Sequence record: SRR31156797_2854
DNA: 64,000 bases
Reading direction: 5' to 3' (one strand)
Shown here: positions 48,060 through 57,499 of the stretch, piece after piece
How positions within the stretch are numbered: the stretch's first letter is position 1
Layout of the letters: every line of letters begins with the position of its first letter
Position numbers and translations under genes: made by a program
Notes under the pieces: generated by a model
Told to the model about the DNA's origin: nothing
Seen by the model: only the letters and a program-made list of their open reading frames with translations
Databases searched by the model: none

Positions 48060-49028
48060 TTATAGAATTCCTTCCTTTAATATGTCGTGCAGGTGAATCA
48101 CACCCAGGTATTCCACTCCATCAACAACCGGAAGCTGCGTAATATTATTTGAGCGCATCAAATCCAGGGCATGGGCAACAAGTGTGTTAGGGGATATGGT
48201 TTTTGGATTTTTGGTCATGATCTCCCCGGCACTGAGTTCATCAATCGATTTTCCCGACTGCATCATCCGCCTGAGGTCACCATCGGTAATCACCCCAACA
48301 AGTTGGCCATTTTTCATAACTACAGTGGCACCAAGCCTTTTGGATGAAATTTCGATGATGGCCTCCCTCACCGATGCGCCAAATTCAACTTCAGGCTTTT
48401 CATTATTCAGGTAAAGATCAGACACCCTAAGAAACAATTTTTTACCCAAAGCTCCTCCCGGATGGTACATGGCAAAATCGTCTGATGAAAACCCCCTCAT
48501 TTTGAGCAGTGCAACAGCAAAGGCATCACCCATGGCCAACTGTGCAGTTGTGCTTGAGGTGGGCGCAAGATTGTTAGGGCAGGCTTCTTGTGATACCGTG
48601 GTTTCGATAATGTAATCAGCTTGCCTTGCTAGGTATGAATCGCGGTTTCCCAGAAAAGCGATCAGCGTATTTCCGGAAAGTTTCAGATATGGTATCAATA
48701 CCTTTATTTCGGGGGTGTTGCCACTTTTCGACATGCAAATTACTACATCATGTTTTTGAATAATACCCAGGTCGCCATGCACAGCATCGGCAGCATGCAT
48801 AAAAATGGCAGGTGTGCCGGTAGAGTTCAGCGTTGCTACAATTTTTTCACAAATTATCGCGCTTTTCCCGATTCCGGTAACGATAACGCGGCCCGTGCTT
48901 TTATAGATCAGCTCGATACATTTCAGAAAATCATCATCAACATAACCTGCCAAATTCCTAACCGCATCTGCCTCAAGCTTGATGGTTTGCAATGCAACAT
49001 TTCTGATTTCCTCACTGGATAACTCCAT
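48060..49028 (-). CDS. kdsD: Arabinose-5-phosphate isomerase (KpsF/GutQ; SIS + 2 CBS)
   Basis: TGIGKS, HGDLG, SKSGNT, EACPNNLAPTSST, HPGGALG and CBS domains. Confidence 0.92.
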   Translation of the reverse strand: MELSSEEIRNVALQTIKLEADAVRNLAGYVDDDFLKCIELIYKSTGRVIVTGIGKSAIICEKIVATLNSTGTPAIFMHAADAVHGDLGIIQKHDVVICMSKSGNTPEIKVLIPYLKLSGNTLIAFLGNRDSYLARQADYIIETTVSQEACPNNLAPTSSTTAQLAMGDAFAVALLKMRGFSSDDFAMYHPGGALGKKLFLRVSDLYLNNEKPEVEFGASVREAIIEISSKRLGATVVMKNGQLVGVITDGDLRRMMQSGKSIDELSAGEIMTKNPKTISPNTLVAHALDLMRSNNITQLPVVDGVEYLGVIHLHDILKEGIL

Positions 49029-49324
49029 AATTATCTAAAATTCTGTTAAAAAGAATAAAAAAACTTGCAGCAAAAGTAGCAGATTATCATGAAAATACTT
49101 TAATTTTAGAGTTTATAACGTGAATCCGATCATAACCTGGATGGTGTTATAAAATGTAACGGATTTCAATTTATCCAAAATCACAGAAAATAATTAAATT
49201 TGTTTGGTACTGACTTGTTTCTCCAGCTAAGAAATATTGATAACAATTTGTCGTTTGCGATCAACCGATAAAAAATCTACACATGGTTTGGAGAGTTGAT
49301 ATTAGATGAGAAAAGTTTTTAACT

Positions 49325-51550
49325 ATGTTTAAACACGAAACAGAGACGATTGTGAAAGAAACACAGGAATATCCACTACATAAAATCTTGAAGAGGGTAT
49401 TCGGTTTTGATAGCTTTAAAGGTAACCAGGAAAAGATTATTAATAATTTACTTCATGGAGAAAACACCTTTGTTATCATGCCTACTGGTGGCGGTAAATC
49501 TCTTTGCTACCAACTTCCGGCCATCATGAAAGAAGGTACTGCCATAATTATTTCCCCGCTGATAGCCCTGATGAAAAACCAGGTGGATGCACTTCGGAAT
49601 TTTGGTTCCGAATCAGGCATTGCTCACTTTCTGAACAGTTCGCTATCCAAAGCAGAGATCATCAAAGTAAAAGAAGACCTCACCAACGGTATCACCAAAT
49701 TATTATACGTTGCTCCTGAATCACTGACAAAAGAAGAAAATGTTGAGTTCTTCAGAGGAATCAATATTTCATTTTATGCCATCGACGAAGCCCACTGTAT
49801 TTCGGAGTGGGGACACGATTTCAGACCTGAATACAGAAGACTACGTCCCATCATCAATAATATCGGGCAGGATGTACCTATAATTGCACTGACAGCAACA
49901 GCTACACCGAAAGTCCAGCACGATATTCTGAAAAACCTTGAGATATTATCCGCAACCGTTTACAAGTCATCATTCGACAGGCCAAACCTGTATTATGAAG
50001 TTCGCCCAAAAACAAAAAATGTAAATAAGGATATCATCAAATACATCAAGGGCAATGCCGGGAAATCAGGCATTGTATATTGCCTGAGCCGCAAAAAGGT
50101 TGAAGAACTCGCCGAAACCCTTCAGGTGAACGGCATTAAAGCACTTCCTTACCATGCAGGCCTCGATGCTGTTACCAGGCGTACCAACCAGGATAATTTC
50201 CTGATGGAAGAAGTTGATGTGATTGTTGCAACCATAGCATTTGGAATGGGAATTGACAAACCCGATATCCGGTTTGTAATCCACCACGACATGCCCAAAA
50301 GCCTTGAAGGCTATTACCAGGAAACCGGACGGGGTGGCCGTGATGATGGTGAAGGGAATTGTATTACTTTTTACAGTTACGACGACATACAAAAGCTTGA
50401 AAAATTCATGAAAGGCAAACCGGTTGCCGAACAGGAAATTGCACAACAATTACTACTCGAAACCGTATCATATGCCGAATCTTCAATTTGCCGCCACAGG
50501 CAACTGTTACACTACTTTGGCGAAGAATACACACAGGACAATTGTGGTGCATGCGACAATTGCCTGCATCCCAAAGAAAAATTCGAAGGCAAGGAATACA
50601 TAAAAATTGTCATCGAAACCATTCGTGAAGTAAAGGAGTTGTTTAAGGCAAAACATATCGTTAACATCCTTGTGGGTAAAAACACTGCCACACTAAAATC
50701 ATACAAACACCACAATATAAAGGCCTTTGGACGTGGTTCCGACCATGATGAAAAATTCTGGAATGCAGTGATCAGGCAGGCGCTCATTGGTAATCTTATT
50801 AAGAAAGATATTGATAATTACGGCCTGCTAAAAATCAGCAAAAAAGGCCATGGGTTTCTGGAGAAACCCTGGTCGATCATGCTGGCCAAAGACCACGATT
50901 ATGATAATGCGGACGGGGATGATGAAATTGTGGACGGAGCTCATAAAACCACCTCTGCAGATCAGAATTTATTTAACATGTTGAAGGATCTGCGAAAACA
51001 GATTTCACGGAAAGAAAACCTGCCGCCATTTGTCATTTTCCAGGACCCGTCTCTTGAGGATATGTCTATCCAATATCCTGTGAAAATGGATGAACTTACC
51101 CAAATTACAGGTGTTGGCGTTGGCAAGGCTCAAAAATATGGAGAACCATTCCTAAAACTCATCAAGAATTATGTGGAAGAAAACGACATTATGCGTCCTA
51201 ACGACATGATCGTTAAGTCGGTGGTGAATAAATCAGGGCTTAAGGTTTATATCATTAAAAGCATCGACCGTAAGCTTACGCTCGAAGATATTGCCCACAC
51301 CAAAAACCTGACGCTGGAAGAGTTAATCATTGAGATTGAACGCATTGTAGCATCAGGCACTAAGCTGGACATCAATTATTACATCAACGAAATTGTGGAT
51401 CCATATCACCAGGAAGAGATCATAGACTATTTCCACGAAGCCGAATCAGATTCGATAGAAGAAGCACTGGAAGAACTTGGCGAGGAGGAATTTAACGAAA
51501 ACGAAATCAGGTTGATGCGCATTAAATTCATGTCGGAAGTAGGAAATTAA
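49325..51550 (+). CDS. recQ: ATP-dependent DNA helicase RecQ
   Basis: [40 protein letters not shown], a zinc cluster, RQC and HRDC. Confidence 0.96.
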   Translation: MFKHETETIVKETQEYPLHKILKRVFGFDSFKGNQEKIINNLLHGENTFVIMPTGGGKSLCYQLPAIMKEGTAIIISPLIALMKNQVDALRNFGSESGIAHFLNSSLSKAEIIKVKEDLTNGITKLLYVAPESLTKEENVEFFRGINISFYAIDEAHCISEWGHDFRPEYRRLRPIINNIGQDVPIIALTATATPKVQHDILKNLEILSATVYKSSFDRPNLYYEVRPKTKNVNKDIIKYIKGNAGKSGIVYCLSRKKVEELAETLQVNGIKALPYHAGLDAVTRRTNQDNFLMEEVDVIVATIAFGMGIDKPDIRFVIHHDMPKSLEGYYQETGRGGRDDGEGNCITFYSYDDIQKLEKFMKGKPVAEQEIAQQLLLETVSYAESSICRHRQLLHYFGEEYTQDNCGACDNCLHPKEKFEGKEYIKIVIETIREVKELFKAKHIVNILVGKNTATLKSYKHHNIKAFGRGSDHDEKFWNAVIRQALIGNLIKKDIDNYGLLKISKKGHGFLEKPWSIMLAKDHDYDNADGDDEIVDGAHKTTSADQNLFNMLKDLRKQISRKENLPPFVIFQDPSLEDMSIQYPVKMDELTQITGVGVGKAQKYGEPFLKLIKNYVEENDIMRPNDMIVKSVVNKSGLKVYIIKSIDRKLTLEDIAHTKNLTLEELIIEIERIVASGTKLDINYYINEIVDPYHQEEIIDYFHEAESDSIEEALEELGEEEFNENEIRLMRIKFMSEVGN

Positions 51551-51568
51551 AATCCGGATAAAAAATTT

Positions 51569-51605
51569 GAAGCGCAATGTGATCATAAAGTTGCGCTTCT
51601 TTTTT
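51569..51605 (+). terminator. Intrinsic terminator after recQ
   Basis: GAAGCGCAA...TTGCGCTTC followed by TTTTTT. Confidence 0.75.
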
Positions 51606-51640
51606 ATACACTTATTTTTTACAGTTACCGTTTACTGCAT

Positions 51641-52006
51641 ATGAAGAAAATAATTTTTGGCTTGCTAACCGCACTGGTCATGACAATTTCATGTACGCCA
51701 AAAAATGAAGTAACCGATACGACTATTCCGCCCGGGGTTATCCCCCCTGATTCGATGACCCAGGTTATTACTGAAATGCAGGTTACAGAAGCAATCCTTC
51801 GCGAATTTAAAAGACGCGGCAGCCATGACGAAGACCGGGTGGTGGTGTTTTACAATCAAACCTTTGAAAACCTTGGCATAACACCTGAACGATATAAGAA
51901 AAGCCTGGCTTTTTATGAGGAACACCAGGAAACCTATTACGAAATTTACAAGGATGTAATTTCGCGACTTACCGAGATGCAGACTGAGATTACCAATTCA
52001 AAATAA
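51641..52006 (+). CDS. DUF4296 lipoprotein
   Basis: Lipobox TISC, IPPDSMTQVI and GITPERYKKSLAFY. Confidence 0.75.
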   Translation: MKKIIFGLLTALVMTISCTPKNEVTDTTIPPGVIPPDSMTQVITEMQVTEAILREFKRRGSHDEDRVVVFYNQTFENLGITPERYKKSLAFYEEHQETYYEIYKDVISRLTEMQTEITNSK

Positions 52007-52020
52007 TTTGGGATATCCCG

Positions 52021-52425
52021 TTAATGCCAGGCTCCAAGAATTGCCCCCATCACCACAAACTGAATGGTAATATAGCCTGCATGGATCAGCCATAACCTGA
52101 ACGACTTCCGTTCGAAAATATAAATGGTACCAATTGCCATGGATGCCCAACCCAATCCGGCCAGTGCAGCATAAACCATTCCCCAAACCACATCAACTTT
52201 GCCACCAAAGAAAAATGCCAGGTTTACGGAAATGATAAACGCCAGGACAAAGGTTAGACCATACATCACCACCGGGTTTCCTCCCTTCATATCCTCCATT
52301 GTAAACTTGTTTTCCTTCATCCAGGCCTTTCCTGCTAATGCTGGTGAATACCAGATTGCACCGACCACAAAACTTGATATGGCTGCTACGACAACAGCCA
52401 GCCAGTTAACTGAGAAATCTTCCAT
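52021..52425 (-). CDS. DUF1761 membrane protein
   Basis: NWLAVVVAA, GAIWYSP and LWLIHAGY. Confidence 0.85.
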   Translation of the reverse strand: MEDFSVNWLAVVVAAISSFVVGAIWYSPALAGKAWMKENKFTMEDMKGGNPVVMYGLTFVLAFIISVNLAFFFGGKVDVVWGMVYAALAGLGWASMAIGTIYIFERKSFRLWLIHAGYITIQFVVMGAILGAWH

Positions 52426-52594
52426 AATCCACAATTTTAAATTATAATGATTGAATAACTTTCTGCCGGGAGCAGATAACAGGCAAGTTTAGCAAAAGTC
52501 TTGTTAAGAAGTTGTTAAGCAAATAATTCGGCCAGTTAAAAAAAATTAAATCATTGGTTACAAGAGGTGTAATTTGGAAGAAAAGGTGAATTCG

Positions 52595-54121
52595 TTATTT
52601 CCTCTTGAACAGGTCAAAATCTTTTTCATCAAAAATGATGGCTTCGTAGGTATAAACTTCGGCAGATTTCCAGCCATCCCAGCCTATGCGCGCTTTATCC
52701 CTGGCACAATGACCGAGAAACTCTTCAAGGTTCCAACCAGTGCTTTCAGCTACCTGCGGTAGAAAGGTTCCGGTATTATAGCCCTGTTTGATATAAATAC
52801 CATGCTTGCCGAGTTCAATTTCATCAATCGACTTTATTTGCTTAAGTGGCGTAAGCACAGAAATTTCGATATCAATTTTTTCAAGTTCATTGGGTTTTAC
52901 CGGTGAAAAACGATGATCTTTTGTTGCTGCAGCGATGGCCATATCCTGTACCACCGAATAAAGTGGAGCATCCGGCCGGAACCTGCCAATGCATCCCCGC
53001 AATTTGCCTTTGAGGTGAAGGGTAACAAAAGCTCCGGCATGTTCATACAAATTATCTGAATAGGCAGATGGATCAACATCCGCAATGGTTTTATGCTTTA
53101 CATATTCATCCACAGTGGATCGTGCAAGTGCAAGCAAGGCTTTTTTTTCTGCTTCAGTCAACGAAAACAAATCCTCATCTTCAGGTTCTCCCGAAATGGT
53201 TATGGCCCAATAACCAACCACCCTGCTTTTGTCTCCAAAATCTGCGTCACCTGAATTCCGATAGGCCAGTGGTGTGATTTCATAACCGGGAAGTGTGCTT
53301 GTAATATTCAATATCGTCAGCATCGATGACCATCCACACATGCTTGTTGCCAGGCCGGAAATTGACCTTTTCTCGTTAATCTCCAGTGTTTTCAGGAAAA
53401 GATCAGGTGAATTGGCAGCAATGGCATCGGCTGTGGTTTTGTCTACCTCATTGGCCTTTTCCCAGGAGGGATAATGCGAAAAATCACTGCTGATTACAAA
53501 CAGGTTTTGTGAATTGAAATAAGGCTTTAGCGCCTCCGCTATTTTTTGAATGGTTTTTTCTGATTGGGTTGCAATTACAATAGGAACGATTTTAAAATCA
53601 GCTTTCAGGTGATGCTGCAAAAAGGGGACCTGTACTTCCAGGCTGTGCTCCGTAAGGTGCGCATCTTTCCGAAACTCAAAATCGTTGTGACCATCTATCA
53701 GTTGGTTTGCCAGTTCCCGGTCCACCTCAACGGTGCCGAGTGGGGTGGTGTAGTTCCCGATATTGTAAATGGATGCCCCATCGAAGTAAGTGCGGTGACT
53801 GGAGCCAATGAGAAAAATTCTTTCATAACTTGCATTGGGATCAATCTGGTTGTAGCCGTGAGCTGCAACCTGTCCTGAAAAAACATAGCCGGCATGTGGT
53901 ACAACAATAGCCTGCAAACCGGAAGTTTCAGGTTGCTTAGCCCTGGCAAAATATATGTCAAGTTCCCGCTGAAGTTCTTCAGGGTTGTCAGGATAAAACT
54001 GTCCGGCAACACATGGCTGGCGATCAATCAAATGCGTTGATCCTTCCGATTGCCCTTTTGCCGAAAATAACTTGCCAAACATAATGATCAGTAGAATTAG
54101 ATAAAAAGTTTTCTTTTTCAT
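52595..54121 (-). CDS. AmmeMemoRadiSam protein B (MEMO1) fused to protein A (AMMECR1), with a signal-like N-terminus
   Basis: MEMO1 motifs R.P.VAGQFYP, VPHAGYVFSG, EHSLEVQ, SSDFSHY and MCG. AMMECR1 motifs GAFVTL, LRGCIG, EISVL and TFLPQV. Confidence 0.9.
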   Translation of the reverse strand: MKKKTFYLILLIIMFGKLFSAKGQSEGSTHLIDRQPCVAGQFYPDNPEELQRELDIYFARAKQPETSGLQAIVVPHAGYVFSGQVAAHGYNQIDPNASYERIFLIGSSHRTYFDGASIYNIGNYTTPLGTVEVDRELANQLIDGHNDFEFRKDAHLTEHSLEVQVPFLQHHLKADFKIVPIVIATQSEKTIQKIAEALKPYFNSQNLFVISSDFSHYPSWEKANEVDKTTADAIAANSPDLFLKTLEINEKRSISGLATSMCGWSSMLTILNITSTLPGYEITPLAYRNSGDADFGDKSRVVGYWAITISGEPEDEDLFSLTEAEKKALLALARSTVDEYVKHKTIADVDPSAYSDNLYEHAGAFVTLHLKGKLRGCIGRFRPDAPLYSVVQDMAIAAATKDHRFSPVKPNELEKIDIEISVLTPLKQIKSIDEIELGKHGIYIKQGYNTGTFLPQVAESTGWNLEEFLGHCARDKARIGWDGWKSAEVYTYEAIIFDEKDFDLFKRK

Positions 54122-54178
54122 GTTGCAGCTAATATCGATATTTGATGAGGTTTAGCCTGTCAATCTGAAATTACACAA

Positions 54179-56317
54179 ATGTACAAAATCCCGCTTAGAA
54201 AAGAAAGTGCATTGCAGGTTTCTGTGATCATCACGGGTTTCACAGCCATGGTGGTTCAACTGATTTTTCTCCGTACTTTTCTGAGCATTCTGCACGGCAA
54301 TGAACTCATTATTGGAGTAATTTTATGCAACTGGATGCTCCTTACCGGGCTGGGCGCAAAGCTTGGCGCAAATTTCAGGAAACCGGGAAACTTTCTAATG
54401 CTGAACCATCTAATGATGGGAATTTTACCTGCCATGTTGGTTTTTTGCATTCTGTTGCTCAAGTCATCACTTTTCCCACCGGGTGTTTTACCATCATTTA
54501 CCGAAAGTCTCTTATTTACCCTTTTTATCATGGCACCATTTTGTGTGCTTTCCGGCGCAATGTTCACCTTGCTTTCAGAAGCATGGAGCCAACACGCCTT
54601 GCAGAACAAAACATCGCGGGTTTATGGCATCGAAGCCATCGGGAGTATTTTAGGCAGCCTGTTGTTTGCAATAATTATGATCCGGATTTTCAGGATTCCG
54701 GAAATCCTGATTGTGATTGCATCAGCAAACATCTCGGTGGCAGTTTTACTAAACATTGCTTATGGTCAAAATAAAACCGTAGGGCATTTTATATTCATTG
54801 GATTGCTGGTGTGGATAATGCTACATTTTGTCTTTGACTGGTACGGATTTGCCAGATCTGTAAACTTTAAAGGTCAGGAAATTCGCACTGTACAAGAAAC
54901 ACCGTTTGGTAATTTGGTGGTCACAGCCACTGGCAACCAGGTAAATATTTATGAAAACGGAATATCGGGCATTTCCTCAAATGATGTCATCAGCCATGAA
55001 GAAAGTGTTCATTATGCACTCCTGCAGGTTTCAAATCCCAAAAATGTGTTGGTTATTTCGGGGCAATTGAATGGCATTTTTGATGAAGTAAAAAAATATG
55101 ACGGCCTCCGGATGGATTTTGTTGAGATCAATCCCACAATTATCCAAATTACCGAGAAGTATTTCGGAATTCCGAAAGATACCTGTTTGCAAGTTTTTTC
55201 GGTTGATCCGGTTACTTACCTTCATGAAACTGACAAAAAATACGATGCCATTTTGCTAAACATCCCCCCACCCTCTTCTCTGCAACTCAATCGATTTTAC
55301 ACCACAACACTCTTTTCCCTGCTCAATTCCAGGTTGTCACAAAACGGGGTGATCTCAATACAACCGGGTGGTAACGCCATTTACCTTGGGAAGGAAATGT
55401 TGGAATTTTACCGTGTGCTTGTCTCAACCATAAAACAGGCTTTTAAAGAAGTACTGATAATTCCCGGCCAAAATAATTATTTGCTGGCATCCAATCACCC
55501 ACTTTCGTATGATATTGTTCAACACGTAAACAAGTTCAATCTTGAAAACCAGTACGTGAACCAGTATTATTTAAATGATGCCCTTTTGCAGGAACAAGGA
55601 ATCCAGTTGATGAATCAAATTGAAAAAACTGGTCAGCTAAACACCAATTTTAAACCTGTTGCCTTTTACCAAAACATCAGGTATTGGTTGTCGTGGTATG
55701 GTTGGGACATAAGATGGATAGTTGGGATTTTTATCGTGATTTTCACAAGTTTGATGTTGGTAATAAAACTTCCGGGGAAGGCCTTGTTTGTTGCAGGCTT
55801 TACGGCCACTTCCGTTGAAATCATGGCCCTGCTTGCCTTCCAGGTGATGTTTGGCTTTTTGTATGAAGCACTTGCTTTTTTACTCGGTGCATTTATGGCT
55901 GGTCTGGCAGCAGGCACCATTTTTACGGATAAGTATTCCGGAAGAATAAACCGTAAATATTTTATGATGAATCAGGCCTTTATCGGTATATCAGCATTGC
56001 TGATTCCTGCATTAATATATATAAATCCAGGCTTGAAACAGCCGGGGATTTTTAGCGGATTGATTTACCTTTTTCTTGGAATATCAGGGGTAATAACCGG
56101 AGCACATTTCACGATGGGCAATCAACTTTCCAAAGGAAGTACCGGTGGCCGGGCGTCAAATTCCTATGGTGCAGATCTTGCCGGTTCGGCGGGTGGCGCT
56201 ATTATTGCAGCGGTTATTTTAATCCCCCTTACCGGATATTTAAATACCGGGATCATCCTTGCGGCAATAAACCTTATTATAGTAATCCGGCTTGGATTAA
56301 CACGAAAAATGGGTTAG
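54179..56317 (+). CDS. Membrane protein with a central spermidine-synthase-like domain (fused MFS/spermidine synthase type)
   Basis: N- and C-terminal TM bundles, YG.EAIGS, ETPFGNL, EESVHYAL, FVEINP and YGADLAGS. The Gly-rich motif is degenerate. Confidence 0.75.
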   Translation: MYKIPLRKESALQVSVIITGFTAMVVQLIFLRTFLSILHGNELIIGVILCNWMLLTGLGAKLGANFRKPGNFLMLNHLMMGILPAMLVFCILLLKSSLFPPGVLPSFTESLLFTLFIMAPFCVLSGAMFTLLSEAWSQHALQNKTSRVYGIEAIGSILGSLLFAIIMIRIFRIPEILIVIASANISVAVLLNIAYGQNKTVGHFIFIGLLVWIMLHFVFDWYGFARSVNFKGQEIRTVQETPFGNLVVTATGNQVNIYENGISGISSNDVISHEESVHYALLQVSNPKNVLVISGQLNGIFDEVKKYDGLRMDFVEINPTIIQITEKYFGIPKDTCLQVFSVDPVTYLHETDKKYDAILLNIPPPSSLQLNRFYTTTLFSLLNSRLSQNGVISIQPGGNAIYLGKEMLEFYRVLVSTIKQAFKEVLIIPGQNNYLLASNHPLSYDIVQHVNKFNLENQYVNQYYLNDALLQEQGIQLMNQIEKTGQLNTNFKPVAFYQNIRYWLSWYGWDIRWIVGIFIVIFTSLMLVIKLPGKALFVAGFTATSVEIMALLAFQVMFGFLYEALAFLLGAFMAGLAAGTIFTDKYSGRINRKYFMMNQAFIGISALLIPALIYINPGLKQPGIFSGLIYLFLGISGVITGAHFTMGNQLSKGSTGGRASNSYGADLAGSAGGAIIAAVILIPLTGYLNTGIILAAINLIIVIRLGLTRKMG

Positions 56318-56339
56318 CACGAAAATCTCGATTTATGGT

Positions 56340-57425
56340 TTATTCCACCCATTCAACCAGGAAAAGATTGGTGTCGTGCGTGCCACCGTTGTTGCGGTTT
56401 GAAGAGAAAACCAGGTATTTTCCATCGTTTGAAAAAACCGGAAAAGCATCGAACACATTATCGTAAGATATTTGCTTCAGGCCGGTTCCGTCGATATTTA
56501 CCATAAACAGGTTAAACTTAAATCCCCGTTCCGCGGCATGATTGGATGAGAAGATGATCTTTTCGCCTGACGGATGAAAGAACGGACTCCAGTTAGCCTT
56601 ACCCAAACTGGTTACCTGGGTCATGTTACTACCATCAACATCACAAACATAAATTTCCATATTTGTGGGCATCACAAGCCCTTCGGCCAACAGGTCCTTA
56701 TATTTTTTTACCGCTTCGGGTGTTTTAGGCCTCGATGATCTGAATACAAGTTTTGTTCCGTCAGGAGAGAAAAATGCCCCACCGTCATAACCCAGCTCAT
56801 CAGTAACCTGCCTGATGTCGCTACCATCAATGTTCATGGTAAACAATTCAAGATCACCGCTGCGAACGGAAGTAAAAACAATTTTATCGCCTTTTGGCGA
56901 TACTGTTGCCTCGGCATCATAACCTTCATAATTGGTAAGTTTTTGGATGATGTTCCCGTCCAGGTCCGAAACAAAAATATCGTAGGAATCATAGATTGGC
57001 CAAACGTAATTTCCATCTACTTCACGTGGTGGTTTGTGCGGACATAATGCGTCATGCTCATGGGTTGAGGCATAAAGAATTGTGGTATCGCCCGGCATAA
57101 AATAGGAACAGGTGGTTCGGCCATGGCCCGTACTTACCAACATTGGTCGCTGATCTTTCATATCCGACCCTTCAACGGGTGTGATGAAAATCTGGTCGCA
57201 TTCGGCATCCCATTTTGTATTTGTAGCCTGGAAAATGAGTTTACTATCATCAAAGCTCCAGTAAGCCTCAGCGTTGTCGCCACCAAAAGTGAGTTGCTTG
57301 ATGTTTTTAAAATGTTTCTCTTGTGGGTATTTTACTTTATCGGCATTTGCTAATTCAGCATGTTGGCTGTAAACTGCCAGTGTAGTGGTGAAAATGAGTC
57401 CAATTAAAAAGTGAAATTTTAGCAT
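56340..57425 (-). CDS. TolB-like PD40 beta-propeller protein
   Basis: QLTFGGDNAEAYWS, GYDAEAT.SP, GYDGGAFFSPDG and FSSNR repeats. Confidence 0.88.
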   Translation of the reverse strand: MLKFHFLIGLIFTTTLAVYSQHAELANADKVKYPQEKHFKNIKQLTFGGDNAEAYWSFDDSKLIFQATNTKWDAECDQIFITPVEGSDMKDQRPMLVSTGHGRTTCSYFMPGDTTILYASTHEHDALCPHKPPREVDGNYVWPIYDSYDIFVSDLDGNIIQKLTNYEGYDAEATVSPKGDKIVFTSVRSGDLELFTMNIDGSDIRQVTDELGYDGGAFFSPDGTKLVFRSSRPKTPEAVKKYKDLLAEGLVMPTNMEIYVCDVDGSNMTQVTSLGKANWSPFFHPSGEKIIFSSNHAAERGFKFNLFMVNIDGTGLKQISYDNVFDAFPVFSNDGKYLVFSSNRNNGGTHDTNLFLVEWVE

Positions 57426-57499
57426 ATTGAATTATCTTTTAAAGAAATAATGAAATCAAACATGCCGGTTAGGCAAATGTTCAAGAAAATGTAAAGGAA

